Assembly (NCBI GenBank): GCA_037447605.1
Contig: CM074813.1
Span: 496,001-560,000 of the forward strand
DNA from: Zygnema circumcarinatum SAG 698-1b
Lineage: Eukaryota > Plantae > Zygnematophyceae
Direction of reading: 5' to 3'
DNA length: 64,000 bases
The number at the start of each line of letters is the position of its first letter. The first letter of the stretch is position 1. Both the position numbers and the translations under genes were made by a program. A model generated the notes under the pieces. It made no database searches, had not been told where the DNA came from, and saw only the letters and a list, made by a program, of their open reading frames with translations. Shown here piece by piece: positions 1-12,937 of the stretch.

Positions 1-832
1 AATGTAAAAGAAGGAAGAAAGAATGCTTCGCCAGAATGTTTCTTTTTTTCTGGTGCAAAGCTTCATTCGATGACCCGCGGAACTGCACAGGTCGAACCAC
101 TGGATTTGCAACCATTTGTACCGGCCAATGGTTGCAGTCATTGACAATGGCTGGCCACGATTAGCAACAGCCATTGGCAAGGTCGCCAACCATTGCCAAT
201 GGGCAGCTGCGCTCACAGCCATTCATCCCATCGTTGATCCACGGTTCAAACTACGTGATAGGAAACGGCAGGTTTTGTATTTTGTTTCCGAGCGAGATGG
301 GACGGCATGGCAAGTGTCCGCAGTTTTGTAAATTTGGTTGTTATACCGGGACTATTGAAAGGTCCGCATATGTTAGAAATCACGACTGCAGCTTTCAGCG
401 AGTCAAAAAAAACAAGCAAATTCCCACAAGCCTCAGATCATCCATTAAATTTTGATAGCATTTTGAGTCAATTTATCATAAATAAACTGGATGAAGTTTT
501 CCATAACAAACCTACGAGTTAAAACAACAAGATAGGACGAGTTGTCGGACCATCAAATGCAGCTCCTTCAAGAACTCCAACAAAGCATTCTCCATCACCC
601 TCAGCTGCGGCTTGCAGTTTGTAATTCGTCAGTTTCCGGTTTGTAGTTTATGGTTTGCTGCCACGGGGATTCACACACCCATCGCCGCACTCCAAATTCT
701 CAAAACGCTACATGTGAGTCAGTCACTAAAAAGCAGCACTTTTTCACCTGAAAAAATCACCGCCCTACCACTTCATCTCTTTCATCCCCCGCCTTCCCCC
801 CCCCCTCCCAACCACTCCCCCTCTCCTCCGCT

Positions 833-2136
833 TGCACTCGCTCTTCCCTATTAAGCCCACCCCTGCCCGCTCCTTCTCTCTCTCTCTCTCACTCTCTTTC
901 CCTCACACTGCCGCTATCTGGCAGCCTGCTCTGCCACCTGATTAGCTCCATTCGGCCCACTTGAAGGCCCCCCAGGAGCCCCGTTTTCTGCAGAGGGGGG
1001 ATTCCCCCACTTCCCCTCCGCTTCCAGCGGCTCGACGACCTGCACTCCGCCATCGCTAAGGCCGAGGGCGAACTGGTGCGGCTCCGAAGGGTGGGCCGCG
1101 ATCACCAGAGGATACACGGAACCGCTGGATAGCACGGAGAGCAGTTCGAAATCAGTTGCAGACCAGAACCGTAGGGAGCATGCAGAGGCTCTTCAAAAAA
1201 ATACAGCTTTGGACGGGGGGAGGACATCTGGACTTGAGCCTCAAGGAGGGAGAGGCAGAGGGGAGGAGGTGGTCGGGGGTTGGGGGAGAGAAGGAAAGAG
1301 AGTGAGCGAAGAGAGAGAGAGAGAGGGACATGGAGAGAGAGAGAAAGAGAGAGATAGGGACAGGGACAGGGGGGGAGAGAGAAATGAATGTACAGCAGAG
1401 CACTCACTTGTTCGAATTTGGTGGGACATATATTGAGGGCGATATTCTGCAGCGCGGCCTTAAGGAATCGGCATCAAACACGCAGAGGCTGCCGTCCTGG
1501 AAGCCGGCGAAAACTAAGGAGCTATCGCAGGAGTAGGTCGCCGCCGTGATGGGCGCTGAGAGAGGCCCCGACTCCTTAGGGACCCACTGCAGGGAGACAG
1601 CAACCCACTCTCTCTACACATTAGCTTTTGCTGCACACCACATGTACCCTTTCCGTTTACCGTTACTCACTCTATGGATTCTTATCGCCCCAAACCCCCG
1701 TTCCCCCGCCCTCTCTTCCCCCTTTTCTCTCCCTTCCCACTTTCCCTCCCAACCCCCTCCTACTCCCTCCCTACTTTCCCTCCCTCTTCCTCGCCCCTCA
1801 CCGTCTCTCCCTTCTACCCTCTCCCTTCTCCTTCCACCGTCTCCCTCCCTCTCCCTCCCTCCCCCTCCCTCTCCCTCCCTCTCCCTCCCCTCACCTGGCG
1901 CATCCTCTCGAGCTTGGCCGCGTCGTAGATGGCGAGCTGCGCCTCGTGCACCACGAGGAGGTGCATCTGGTCGTTGTGGAAGGCCACGCGCGTGTCCGCC
2001 ATTGCGGGGGCGGCGCGGCCCGACTGGTTCAGGAGGTACCGCGACTTGCGCCTCTCCCACCCGTCAGTGCCCCACACACACAGCTGGAGAGCAGCACAGA
2101 GAGGCCCGCGTGAGTGAGGGAGGGAGGGAGGGAGGG
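833..2136 (-). repeat. Second copy of the last three TPL exons (1895-2083, 1408-1586, 914-1124) and flanks; probable assembly duplication
   Basis: 833-2126 matches 2147-3440 at a constant offset of 1314 (the ORF track is identical). The copies are separated by a 10-N gap at 2137-2146. Confidence 0.9.
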
Positions 2137-2227
2137 NNNNNNNNNNTGCACTCGCTCTTCCCTATTAAGCCCACCCCTGCCCGCTCCTTCTCTCTCTCTC
2201 TCTCACTCTCTTTCCCTCACACTGCCG

Positions 2228-5192
2228 CTATCTGGCAGCCTGCTCTGCCACCTGATTAGCTCCATTCGGCCCACTTGAAGGCCCCCCAGGAGCCCCGTTT
2301 TCTGCAGAGGGGGGATTCCCCCACTTCCCCTCCGCTTCCAGCGGCTCGACGACCTGCACTCCGCCATCGCTAAGGCCGAGGGCGAACTGGTGCGGCTCCG
2401 AAGGGTGGGCCGCGATCACCAGAGGATACACGGAACCGCTGGATAGCACGGAGAGCAGTTCGAAATCAGTTGCAGACCAGAACCGTAGGGAGCATGCAGA
2501 GGCTCTTCAAAAAAATACAGCTTTGGACGGGGGGAGGACATCTGGACTTGAGCCTCAAGGAGGGAGAGGCAGAGGGGAGGAGGTGGTCGGGGGTTGGGGG
2601 AGAGAAGGAAAGAGAGTGAGCGAAGAGAGAGAGAGAGAGGGACATGGAGAGAGAGAGAAAGAGAGAGATAGGGACAGGGACAGGGGGGGAGAGAGAAATG
2701 AATGTACAGCAGAGCACTCACTTGTTCGAATTTGGTGGGACATATATTGAGGGCGATATTCTGCAGCGCGGCCTTAAGGAATCGGCATCAAACACGCAGA
2801 GGCTGCCGTCCTGGAAGCCGGCGAAAACTAAGGAGCTATCGCAGGAGTAGGTCGCCGCCGTGATGGGCGCTGAGAGAGGCCCCGACTCCTTAGGGACCCA
2901 CTGCAGGGAGACAGCAACCCACTCTCTCTACACATTAGCTTTTGCTGCACACCACATGTACCCTTTCCGTTTACCGTTACTCACTCTATGGATTCTTATC
3001 GCCCCAAACCCCCGTTCCCCCGCCCTCTCTTCCCCCTTTTCTCTCCCTTCCCACTTTCCCTCCCAACCCCCTCCTACTCCCTCCCTACTTTCCCTCCCTC
3101 TTCCTCGCCCCTCACCGTCTCTCCCTTCTACCCTCTCCCTTCTCCTTCCACCGTCTCCCTCCCTCTCCCTCCCTCCCCCTCCCTCTCCCTCCCTCTCCCT
3201 CCCCTCACCTGGCGCATCCTCTCGAGCTTGGCCGCGTCGTAGATGGCGAGCTGCGCCTCGTGCACCACGAGGAGGTGCATCTGGTCGTTGTGGAAGGCCA
3301 CGCGCGTGTCCGCCATTGCGGGGGCGGCGCGGCCCGACTGGTTCAGGAGGTACCGCGACTTGCGCCTCTCCCACCCGTCAGTGCCCCACACACACAGCTG
3401 GAGAGCAGCACAGAGAGGCCCGCGTGAGTGAGGGAGGGAGAAGGGAGGGAGGGAGGGAGGGAGGGAGGGAGGGAGGGAGGGAGGGAGGAGGGAGGGAGGA
3501 GGAGGGAGGGAGGGAAAGGAAGGGAGGGAGAAAAGGAGGGAGGGAGGGAGGGAGGGAGGGAGGGAAAGGGAGAGAGGAGGTCAAGCGTAGAAAAGTATAG
3601 CATGAAGTTGGAGAAGGGGGCTGAGGGTTACCTGCGCATCTGCTCCGGAGGAAACGAGCACATTTAGGGTATTAGAGAACGCGAGTCCCGTTATTCTCTT
3701 CTGGTGACCCTTCAGTTTGCGAATCACCTGCGCAGACAGAGCGAAGCGAGAGTATATGATTGGCTAATTGAGTAACATCAAATTGGAGGGCAAGCACAGA
3801 ATGACTCAGTAACCACCCTTTCTTTTTTTAGGAAACTATTGCTTACAGCAAGTGCTTAAGAGCAACAACATGGCTACATATTCTCCTCTATTTAAGGAAG
3901 GATCAGCGAATAAAATTTGTTTTCAGGTATGGTAGTTGATTCATGTATCGTCGTACAACAGTTTGACGTGTTGTTTGCCTTAAAGGCTCCTCAGTTGGCG
4001 CCTTATTCAAGAACATGCTCAAAAAATTGAATCATTACAGAAATCGATCAGAAAGAAAAAGGGCATAGTGAAGCATTTTACCTCGTCAAGGCGAACATTG
4101 TAAATCTGAATCGTAGAGTCTTCCATTCCAATGGCAATGATGTTATTGTCCTGGGGATGGAAAGCCAAGAAAGTCGCTGCAGGAGGGGGAGGCATGAAGG
4201 TTGTCATGACCTGCATACAAACATTGAAAATTCAGAGAATTTAAGCTTTGTAGTATGGGGGCTTAAGTAAACACATCACAAAAGTCTCCATACAAACAAA
4301 CTCCCTCCCTCCCTCGTTCCTTCCCTCCCTCCCTCCCTCCCTCCCCTCACGCCATACCTCCCCCTACACCGTAAAACGCTCCTTTCTGTAAGACGGGTGC
4401 TGGTCATTCACCTTGAAAGTAAGCATGTTGAAGAGAGAAACTTTTCCTCCACTAGCAGACATTACGTATGAGTCGTTCTTAGAGAGAGCAATGCATGGAA
4501 CTGCCTCTTCAGAGCCGACATCGCTGATGTCATTCGTCATCACAATGCCGCTTTGAGGCTGCCAAAGCTGAGGGGGGCTGCTGGCAGTGGCCTGTTTTTT
4601 TTTATCATACATAAGCACACAAAAAATATTACGATTTTGCTTTACTTCACTGTATCGCTATTATCCTTGTACACCAATTTCTATTGCACATGATGCATCG
4701 TCAATGATTACTGATTACTGATCAATTACTGATTTGGTTACCAATCTAATTACTGAATCTTCAGCAGCTGTCCGACTCAACAGTTTAATGATATCATTTC
4801 CGTTTGGCTGAGTAGTATTTCTCTTTTTAACAGGTTCTTTCTATGTGCAGAGGGAGATTTCCAAGTCGTTCGCAACATATATATATATTTTCCAGTAAAG
4901 AAAGCGAGAAAGAAGTTTACTTGCTTGAGATAAGTCAAAACCCTCACCTTGCCATTTGGATTCCTTTCATTCCGCTGCCACTTCCACAGCTTATGCACTG
5001 CATTTGAAGCCAAAGCAAGAAGGGCCACTCCAGAATTCGTATAAATCAATCTCGAAATCTGTGAAGATATTTAAAAAGAAAGAAAGGAAAAGAATCACTG
5101 TCAGCTTTAGCAGATCTTGTCATTGTGGCAAAAACGTCATCTTGAAACCCAAAAAAAAAAAAACACGTTCGGCTCCTTCCTATGTCACGAGT

Positions 5193-5284
<92 letters not shown>

Positions 5285-5993
5285 TGAGAGACCCTCCTGA
5301 ACCTACACCATTCCTGCTTAGAACTGCTTGCTTTCTTGTTTTAGCTTGCTTTTGCGTTTTTTTGCATTGATTTACTTTACTTTTTTCTCTGTCATTTTCA
5401 ACTCTAAAGAAGGAAAGTATGAGAGAAAAGAGAGCCTGCCTTGCTCGCTGCTAAAGTATCCGGCAAGCGAGTGGTTCTGCATTGCATGTTGTCCGAAATT
5501 TCCGCCATGGATCCATCCGAAGAAGGTCTGGGCTTCACATCTTGATTGCGAGAGGGCTCAATGCCATTCTGGAGAGAAGCAAGGGGAAAAGAAAGAACAA
5601 AACAAAAATAAGAACACAAAAAAAGGGAAAGGAAAAGAGGAACAGCTAGTGTTGAAGTTAATGGTAAAGTTAAAGCGCAAGTTGGTGTTTGCACAATTTA
5701 AAGAAAGGGGTAACTTTTGGGACGAGTTAATACACGAGAAGGGGAGAGCAAGAATCTCCAATCCGTACACAGAGATAGTGCAAGAAAAGAACAGGTCAAG
5801 GGTGAATGCAACTGTGACCCTTACCCGCAACTGAACAGTAGTTGCGATCGAGAGCATAGAACACGAACCTGCGTAGGGGGGGCCATGGCAGCCACTGGAG
5901 AGGGCCTCTCTGGAGGAGCGGCTGCAGCTGCTATGCTTGCTGTTGGGACAGCGATTGGGTTGGGAGCAACAACGGGCTGCAAGACCGAGGGAG

Positions 5994-6090
<97 letters not shown>

Positions 6091-6101
6091 GAGAGAGAAA
6101 A

Positions 6102-6137
<36 letters not shown>

Positions 6138-9100
6138 CGAGAGAGGGAGAGAGAGTTAAAATACAATCAAAGTCTTATCAACATACATCCGAAACTGTGA
6201 ATTAGTAATCGTTTGGACCCAATCACAACTAAACGTTCAAATGCGAAAGCAGAAATTTGATGAAGCTGTACAAGGCACATACCAAGATATCCAGATCCAT
6301 ATATCCAGATGTCCAGAAACCTGACATCTCCATATCCAGATATCGAGATATTCAGATAAAAGGTTGTTCTTCTTTTGTAATTGACTTACCTTTGATGTGA
6401 CAGAGTCTGCTCCTCGAGCAGTCTCAAAATGACGGAGAAGTCTCATTCCCTGTTCATTTGCAAGAATCTTTATTCCGTTTTCTGCTGCAGTTACCGCTAA
6501 CAGAGAACCGTCGCGATTGAACCGCAAGCGTGGACTAGCCTGAAGTGAAAACAAAAGAAAATTAAAGTGTTAAAAAAATGCTGCTCTGCCTCGAATAAAA
6601 GCTGAGCATAAAGGCCCCCAGACCGTCTGTAATGGATATTGCTCGGTAGAATCTGGTTGACTAAGGTTGACTAAGGTTGAACTAAGGTTGACTAAGGTTG
6701 ACTAAGGTTGACTAAGGTCAGACAATCCATCAACCAATCAGTATTTCACTTTAAACCAATTCAAACAATCTCGATCAAACGAAAAAAACTGCATAAAACC
6801 CTGTTCCACAAAATCAACCGATCGACCGATCCACCTTTCTGCTTGACCTGACCAATTACTCCGAACGATTAGTTAGTCAAAAGGAAATGTTCGGTCAACC
6901 AATGCATCCCGAAACAAGTCAAAAGGAAACCGACTTACAGGGAGACCTCCGTCCGCATCGAGAGTCATAAGCACTGCTGTGTTGTCCATATCCCAAAACT
7001 TAATTAGAAACTCATCTCCCGCAGCAAGAAACCGATTCCGAGTTGTGTCAAACTGCACTACTCCGAGAGAGCGTTTGCGGAATCCGGAGTAGTTCCGTTT
7101 AATGGCTCCTTCACTCTCATTCCACTCCACCAATGAGGACTCTCCCTCCTTGCTTGTTCCACATGAGAACAATCTGCACAAGGATAGTGACACGCAGGCA
7201 TTCAACAACTTCGTTCAACCATCACTATCATAGTTTAACTTTCTCTCCCCTTTCCCCCACCCCCCTTTTTCCCCCTTCCCAAAGTCTCCAGGTTCAAGGG
7301 AGTAGAGGCCTTCATAAGGGCGGCAAGACGGTCCTAAAACATCACGAAAGTTGGTATATGACATGCATTTTTAAAAGAGGTGGAACATGAGTTTTTTCTT
7401 TTTCCTACCTTGTACCATCTGCGCTGTAAGCCATAGTTGTGCACCACTTTCCGGGAGCATCATAGTCTACCCGTGATCCGAGATGGTCGTAAAGCCAAGC
7501 CTTAATCTTTCCATCTATAGCAGTTGAGAAAATGAACTGCAAATACAACCAATAGGGGTTGTCAGACTTGGCAGAAAGTTACGAAAGCATTACGAAAAAG
7601 AAAGTTAAGAAAGTACTCCGCTGCAGAGGGGTCGCGATATCACCGGAGTACTCGTTTTGGTGTAACACTTACGTTCGGACATACTGACAAGCCCTAGTAA
7701 CAAAGGTTGGTCAGTTCCCTGACTTGGTCTGACTTGCCCTTAGTTAAGCTAATGAGGCCAACTTGGCCTTGACCCCAGTTGACTTGACTTGACTCCTGCT
7801 TGACTCGAAGTGACCTGTCTGCCTTGAATTTGTCGATTTGCAGCGTGGATTGACTCGATTTGTTCCCTTTGACTCGAAATGTGGTTGACCCTGGTTGACC
7901 AAGTTTGACTAAACTGCACCAACCTGAGCAGATACACATTCGTACGCTAATACTACTCTTCTTGATCCTGCATTCATTCTCGAGATGAACTGGTGGGGAT
8001 GTTAAAAGCAATACCTGAATGTTTTCCTTGTGATGTGGGCAGACCGAGTAGACCGGCGCATCGTGCCCTTCAAAAGTGTACTGCTTTCGTCCGGATGCAG
8101 CATCCCAGACCTGTTCCCAAAATCTCCAACTTTCCTTTTGAATAAAGAAAGAACTTCAGACAGATATTCCACACATTCATTCAGCGATGGACATATTGAA
8201 CTTCGCTATCACTTTCAATTCGACCATCCGTATGGGGCACACGTTTGCTTTCATGTAGGAGGAGATTCATGCATGATTCAGCTGGAGTAAGACATAAGAA
8301 AATATATAGAACATATATATATATATATATACATATATATATGTGAGTAGGAGGAGAGCCTAATCGTAGTGGGTAAGTTTGGAGCGATCCATTACCTTGA
8401 TTGTCTTATCATCTCCGCATGTAATGACACAGAGCTGCTTGCTTGGATGAGAGAATGCAAGATCATTCACGCCGCCAACATGGGCATCAATCTGAATAAA
8501 AAATGAAGTAGAAAATTAGAGGAAAGGGATTGGATTTGCGCTCTGTTGATAAAAAAGAGATCGTTTCTCTGTTCGCAAGTATCACCAATGGATGAAATCT
8601 ACATTATTAACAAAGAGAGGAGACTGAAGATCAGGGATAGATGCAAGCTATGCGGAAGGGCAGGCAAACAGAGGGAGAGAGGCAGAGAGAAGGAGATGAG
8701 AATAGGGGGAGAGAGAGGAAACTATCGAAACAGATATGAGTTGAACTGATCTGTGACAAGCAAAAACTAGGTCTGACGTAGCTTTGTTGTGAGAAAAAAA
8801 AACCAAATCGCAGCACAAAAGCTTACCTCAAGATGTTGCCCAAGGTTGGAATGGCCCTGGTAAGTGTAAATATGCACAATATGCTTCGAAAATGCGGCAC
8901 CTGCAGAACAATATGTATCCATCCAACAAGTATGAAGTTTGGTTGCCAACAAGCAGCATAACACTTTTTAATAGCGAGAAAAGAGAGAGTTTTCTATCGG
9001 CCAAAAGAAAGTTCTGAAGTGCGCTCCTATGCAAATTTTAAAGGGTAGTTCTAAAACGACCGGAAGCAACAGCACAATGTATGACCAAGTTACTGAGAGG

Positions 9101-12100
9101 ATAGCAGACGAGCAAACGAGGAGAAATGAAGGCTCAAAAGAAAGAAAGAAAAAAAAAAGGGGGAAAGAAAGGAAGGGCAGGGCTATTTACCGAAAAGCTG
9201 TCCGTTGGGTTCCCATATGACTCGGTTCACAGAAATTGAGGGTTCTTTCACCAATGCCGTCTGCAAACGAGAGAACTCAAGCAAAGCAAGAGTATAAGAG
9301 TGAGAAAGTGAGAGAGAGTGGTAATGAAAGGAGACAAGAGAGAGACAGAGAAAGAGAGAGAGAGAGGGAGAGGGAGAGAAATCGAGAGAGAGAGAGAGGG
9401 AGGGAAATCGAGAGAGAGGGAGAGGGAGAGAAAGAGAGAGAGAGAGTGCGACGTACCTGCAGCTGCACAGAGCACTGCTGCGGCTCCCACAGCTTGAAAG
9501 GTTTCTCCGCGAGCTTATCTCGAGAGCCCACCTCCCACACAGCTACGTCTCCACTGTTCGTTCCAACTGCCACAAAACAACAATGGCCGAAGTCAAAGTT
9601 AGCATATGTTTCGACCGATGTTTTCGCCGATGTTCTGCAACAAATTCTTTTCTAGAGGAACGAGTTCCACTTAGAAGCTGTGGGAGACGGGCTGTTTGTA
9701 GCCAAATGAAGCGAAAATAGTGACGAGTTCAAAGAGCAGTGTCACATGAAGAAATAGAGCACATTCTACACTTCCACTCTTCCTTTGTTTCACTCACATT
9801 CTACATATCTAAGAATGGAGTATGGCAGAACTTACCGAGAAGAAGAGTCTGCTGGAAGGGATGGAAGTCCATAGACATAACACAGGACCCTTGATTCAGA
9901 GTGCGAGCCACTGCTTTAGGCAGGTCTTCAACTGTGTAGGAATTTCCGCCAACTGCTTGAGATGGATGGGCAGGGGGGGCGTATGCTACTGGGGGCTGAA
10001 TTAAACCCCAAAAAAAGTAGGAAAAAAAAGAGGGAGAAGAGGAGGATAAAAGGGGAAGGAGAAAAAAATAGCCCAACATCATATAGCATCAGAATGACTG
10101 TCTCAGAGGATCCACTCAAAGCTCAGCTATCATTGTTCCTTGAGAGGTTGGTACAGTGTAAAAAGAAAAAGAATACAGCTAAAAAGCACATCATCTACAG
10201 TTCGAATTGTTTTCTTCAACGGAGAGAGGTTTGGACTTTAAGGAATGCGTAATGCAGTCGACGTTATAAGTTGAACAAAGAAAACAACAAAAAATCTCAA
10301 AAAGAAAGAAAAATCTTACCTCTTCTGGACGTGCAGGAGTCATATAGTGGACCTCCTCCGGCTGCGCTCCGGGCCGCGGCCTCTTAAGAAGGTGCTCCGA
10401 CTCTGCTTGATAGTCCACCGGATTCTGATTTGAAGGAGGAGTTCTCGGCCGCTTCAATAAGGCAGCTGCAACAATACCAGAAAAGGGACTCAACAAAATG
10501 ATTACAGTTTTTAAAATCTAAGGTTTTTTAGGGTTTTTAGGGTTTAAGCTTTCTTTTAGGAAACCCTAAACACTAAGGCACAGCCAGATTTCGTCAACAC
10601 AAGACTTACCTTTTGGGCTTCCGGATGAAGATCGATACGCCAACAGATTTGACAGATTTGAACAAGCAGATTTCGACAGATTTTAACAGCTCTCCACGGA
10701 TTGGGGAAAAGTAGGAATGCAGATAGTGATTGGAGACTGTGATCTCTGCATTTGGTGTACCTGAATTCGGTGTGGTCAGACCTGGGGAAGGTACAACTGG
10801 GTGAGGTGCTCCGGGGGGTCCGGCAGGGTTCATCCAGCCTGCTAATGCGTTGGCAGAGGGGCCCGTGGGCTGGAAAGACTGCAGAGACTGAGGGAGAGAG
10901 GGAAACAGCATACACATGCAAGTATGAGTGATAGGGATTGTGTTAAAAACCTACACGAAGGCAGAAACTCTGAAAAAAAAAGTTGGGTGATGCAAGGAAG
11001 GAACGAAGAAATGGGTGAAATTGGGTAATCGGGTAATGTTGAAGGTGAGGATAAAAGTCCCTCTCCCTCTCCCTCTCCCTCTCTCCCTCCCTCTCCCTCT
11101 CCTCTCCCTCTCCCTCTCCCTCTCCCTCTCCCTCTCCCTCTCCCTCTCCCTCTCCCTCTCCTCTCCCTCTCCCTCTCCCTCTCCTCCTCCTCTCCCTCTC
11201 CTCTCCCTCCCTCTCCCTCTCCCTCCTCCCTCTCCCTCTCCTCTCCCTCTCCTCTCCCTCTCCCTCTCCCTCTCCCTCCCTCTCCCTCTCCCTCTCCCTC
11301 TCCCTCTCCCTCTCCCTCTCCCTCTCCCTCTCCCTCTCCCTCTCCCTCTCCCTCTCCTCTCCCTCTCCCTCTCCCTCTCCCTCTCCTCTCCTCTCCTCTC
11401 CCTCTCCCTCTCCCTCTCCCTCTCCCTCTCCTCCTCCCCCTCTCCCTCTCCCTCTCCTCTCCCTCTCCCTCTCCCTCTCCTCTCCCTCTCCCTCTCCCTC
11501 TCCCTCTCCCTCTCCCTCTCCCTCTCCCTCTCCCTCTCCTCCTCCCTCTCCCTCTCCTCTCCCTCTCCCTCTCCCTCTCCCTCTCTCCCTCTCCCTCTCC
11601 CTCTCCTCTCCCTCTCCCTCTCCCTCTCCTCTCCCTCTCCTCCTCTCCTCTCTCCCTCTCCCTCTCCCTCTCCCTCTCCCTCTCCCTCTCCTCTCCCTCT
11701 CCCTCCCTCTCCCTCTCCCTCTCCCTCTCCCTCTCCCTCTCCCTCTCCTCTCCCTCCTCCCTCTCCCTCTCCCTCTCCTCCTCCCTCTCCCTCTCCCTCT
11801 CCCTCTCCCTCTCCCTCTCCCTCTCCCTCTCCTCTCCTCTCCCTCTCCCTCTCCCTCTCCCTCTCCCTCTCCCTCTCCTCCTCTCCCTCTCCCTCTCCCT
11901 CCTCCCTCTCCTCTCCCTCTCCTCTCCTCCCTCTCCTCTCCCTCTCCCTCTCCCTCTCCCTCTCCTCTCCTCTCCCTCTCCTCTCCCTCCCTCTCCTCCC
12001 TCTCTCCTCTCCCTCCTCCCTCTCCCTCTCCCTCTCCTCTCCCTCTCCCTCTCCCTCCTCCTCTCCTCTCCTCTCCCTCTCCCTCTCCCTCTCCCTCTCC

Positions 12101-12890
12101 CTCTCCCTCTCCCTCTCCCTCTCCCTCTCCCTCTCCCTCTCCCTCTCCCTCTCCTCTCCCTCTCCCACCTCTCCCTCTCCTCTCCCTCTCCCTCTCCCTC
12201 TCCCTCTCCCTCTCCCTCCCTCTCCCTCTCCCTCTCCCTCTCCCTCTCCCTCCTCCCTCTCCTCTCCTCTCCCTCTCCCTCTCCCTCTCCCACCTCTCCC
12301 TCTCCCTCTCCCTCTCCCTCTCCCTCTCCTCTCCTCTCCCTCTCCCTCTCCCCTCACCCTCTCCTCTCCCTCTCCCTCTCCTCTCCCCTCTCCACTCTCC
12401 CTCTCCCTCTCCCTCTCCCTCTCCCTCTCCCCCCTCTCTCTCTCTCTCTCTCTCAGTCCCCACTTACAGCGTGAGGAACGACTCCTACTCCCACTCCGGG
12501 AGGGAAGGGAGGCTGCGGTTTGGGCACACCGGACATGAGGGGGTTGGGAGGAGGAGGCTGAGCTCGGCCTCCATTGGAGGGAGGACCGCAGGAGTGGTCG
12601 ATAAAGAGAGTTTTGATGTCGGGATTCGGACGAGGATTTTTGCAGAGCTGATGCTGCCAGTTCAAGCTGGAAGGTGGGGAGTGGGAGGGAAGGAGAAAGG
12701 AAGAAGAAATGAGAGGAAAACAACAAGGGGGTGCCAATGTTTATGTGTTTTTGTTACTTCTCTAAGCTGATTTTCAAGTTTTCGTCATCACATTTAGATT
12801 CAGAAGTTGGCAAGATTATCATGTTCCCCTTCTACCGGGTAGGCTTTCTTCCTCTGCTGTCACTGCGCCTTTCCTTCGCGTCGAACAAAT

Positions 12891-12937
<47 letters not shown>

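Noticed and set aside
6655-6720. Regular direct repeats (also at 23241-23310 and 63440-63500) as CRISPR-like arrays
   Set aside because: The units are 9-15 nt with no unique spacers, there are no cas genes, and the context is eukaryotic introns or promoters.
10842-12726. Four ORFs of 483-591 aa rich in G/E/R or P/L/S
   Set aside because: They are translations of the stop-free (CCCTCT)n tract inside TPL intron 5.
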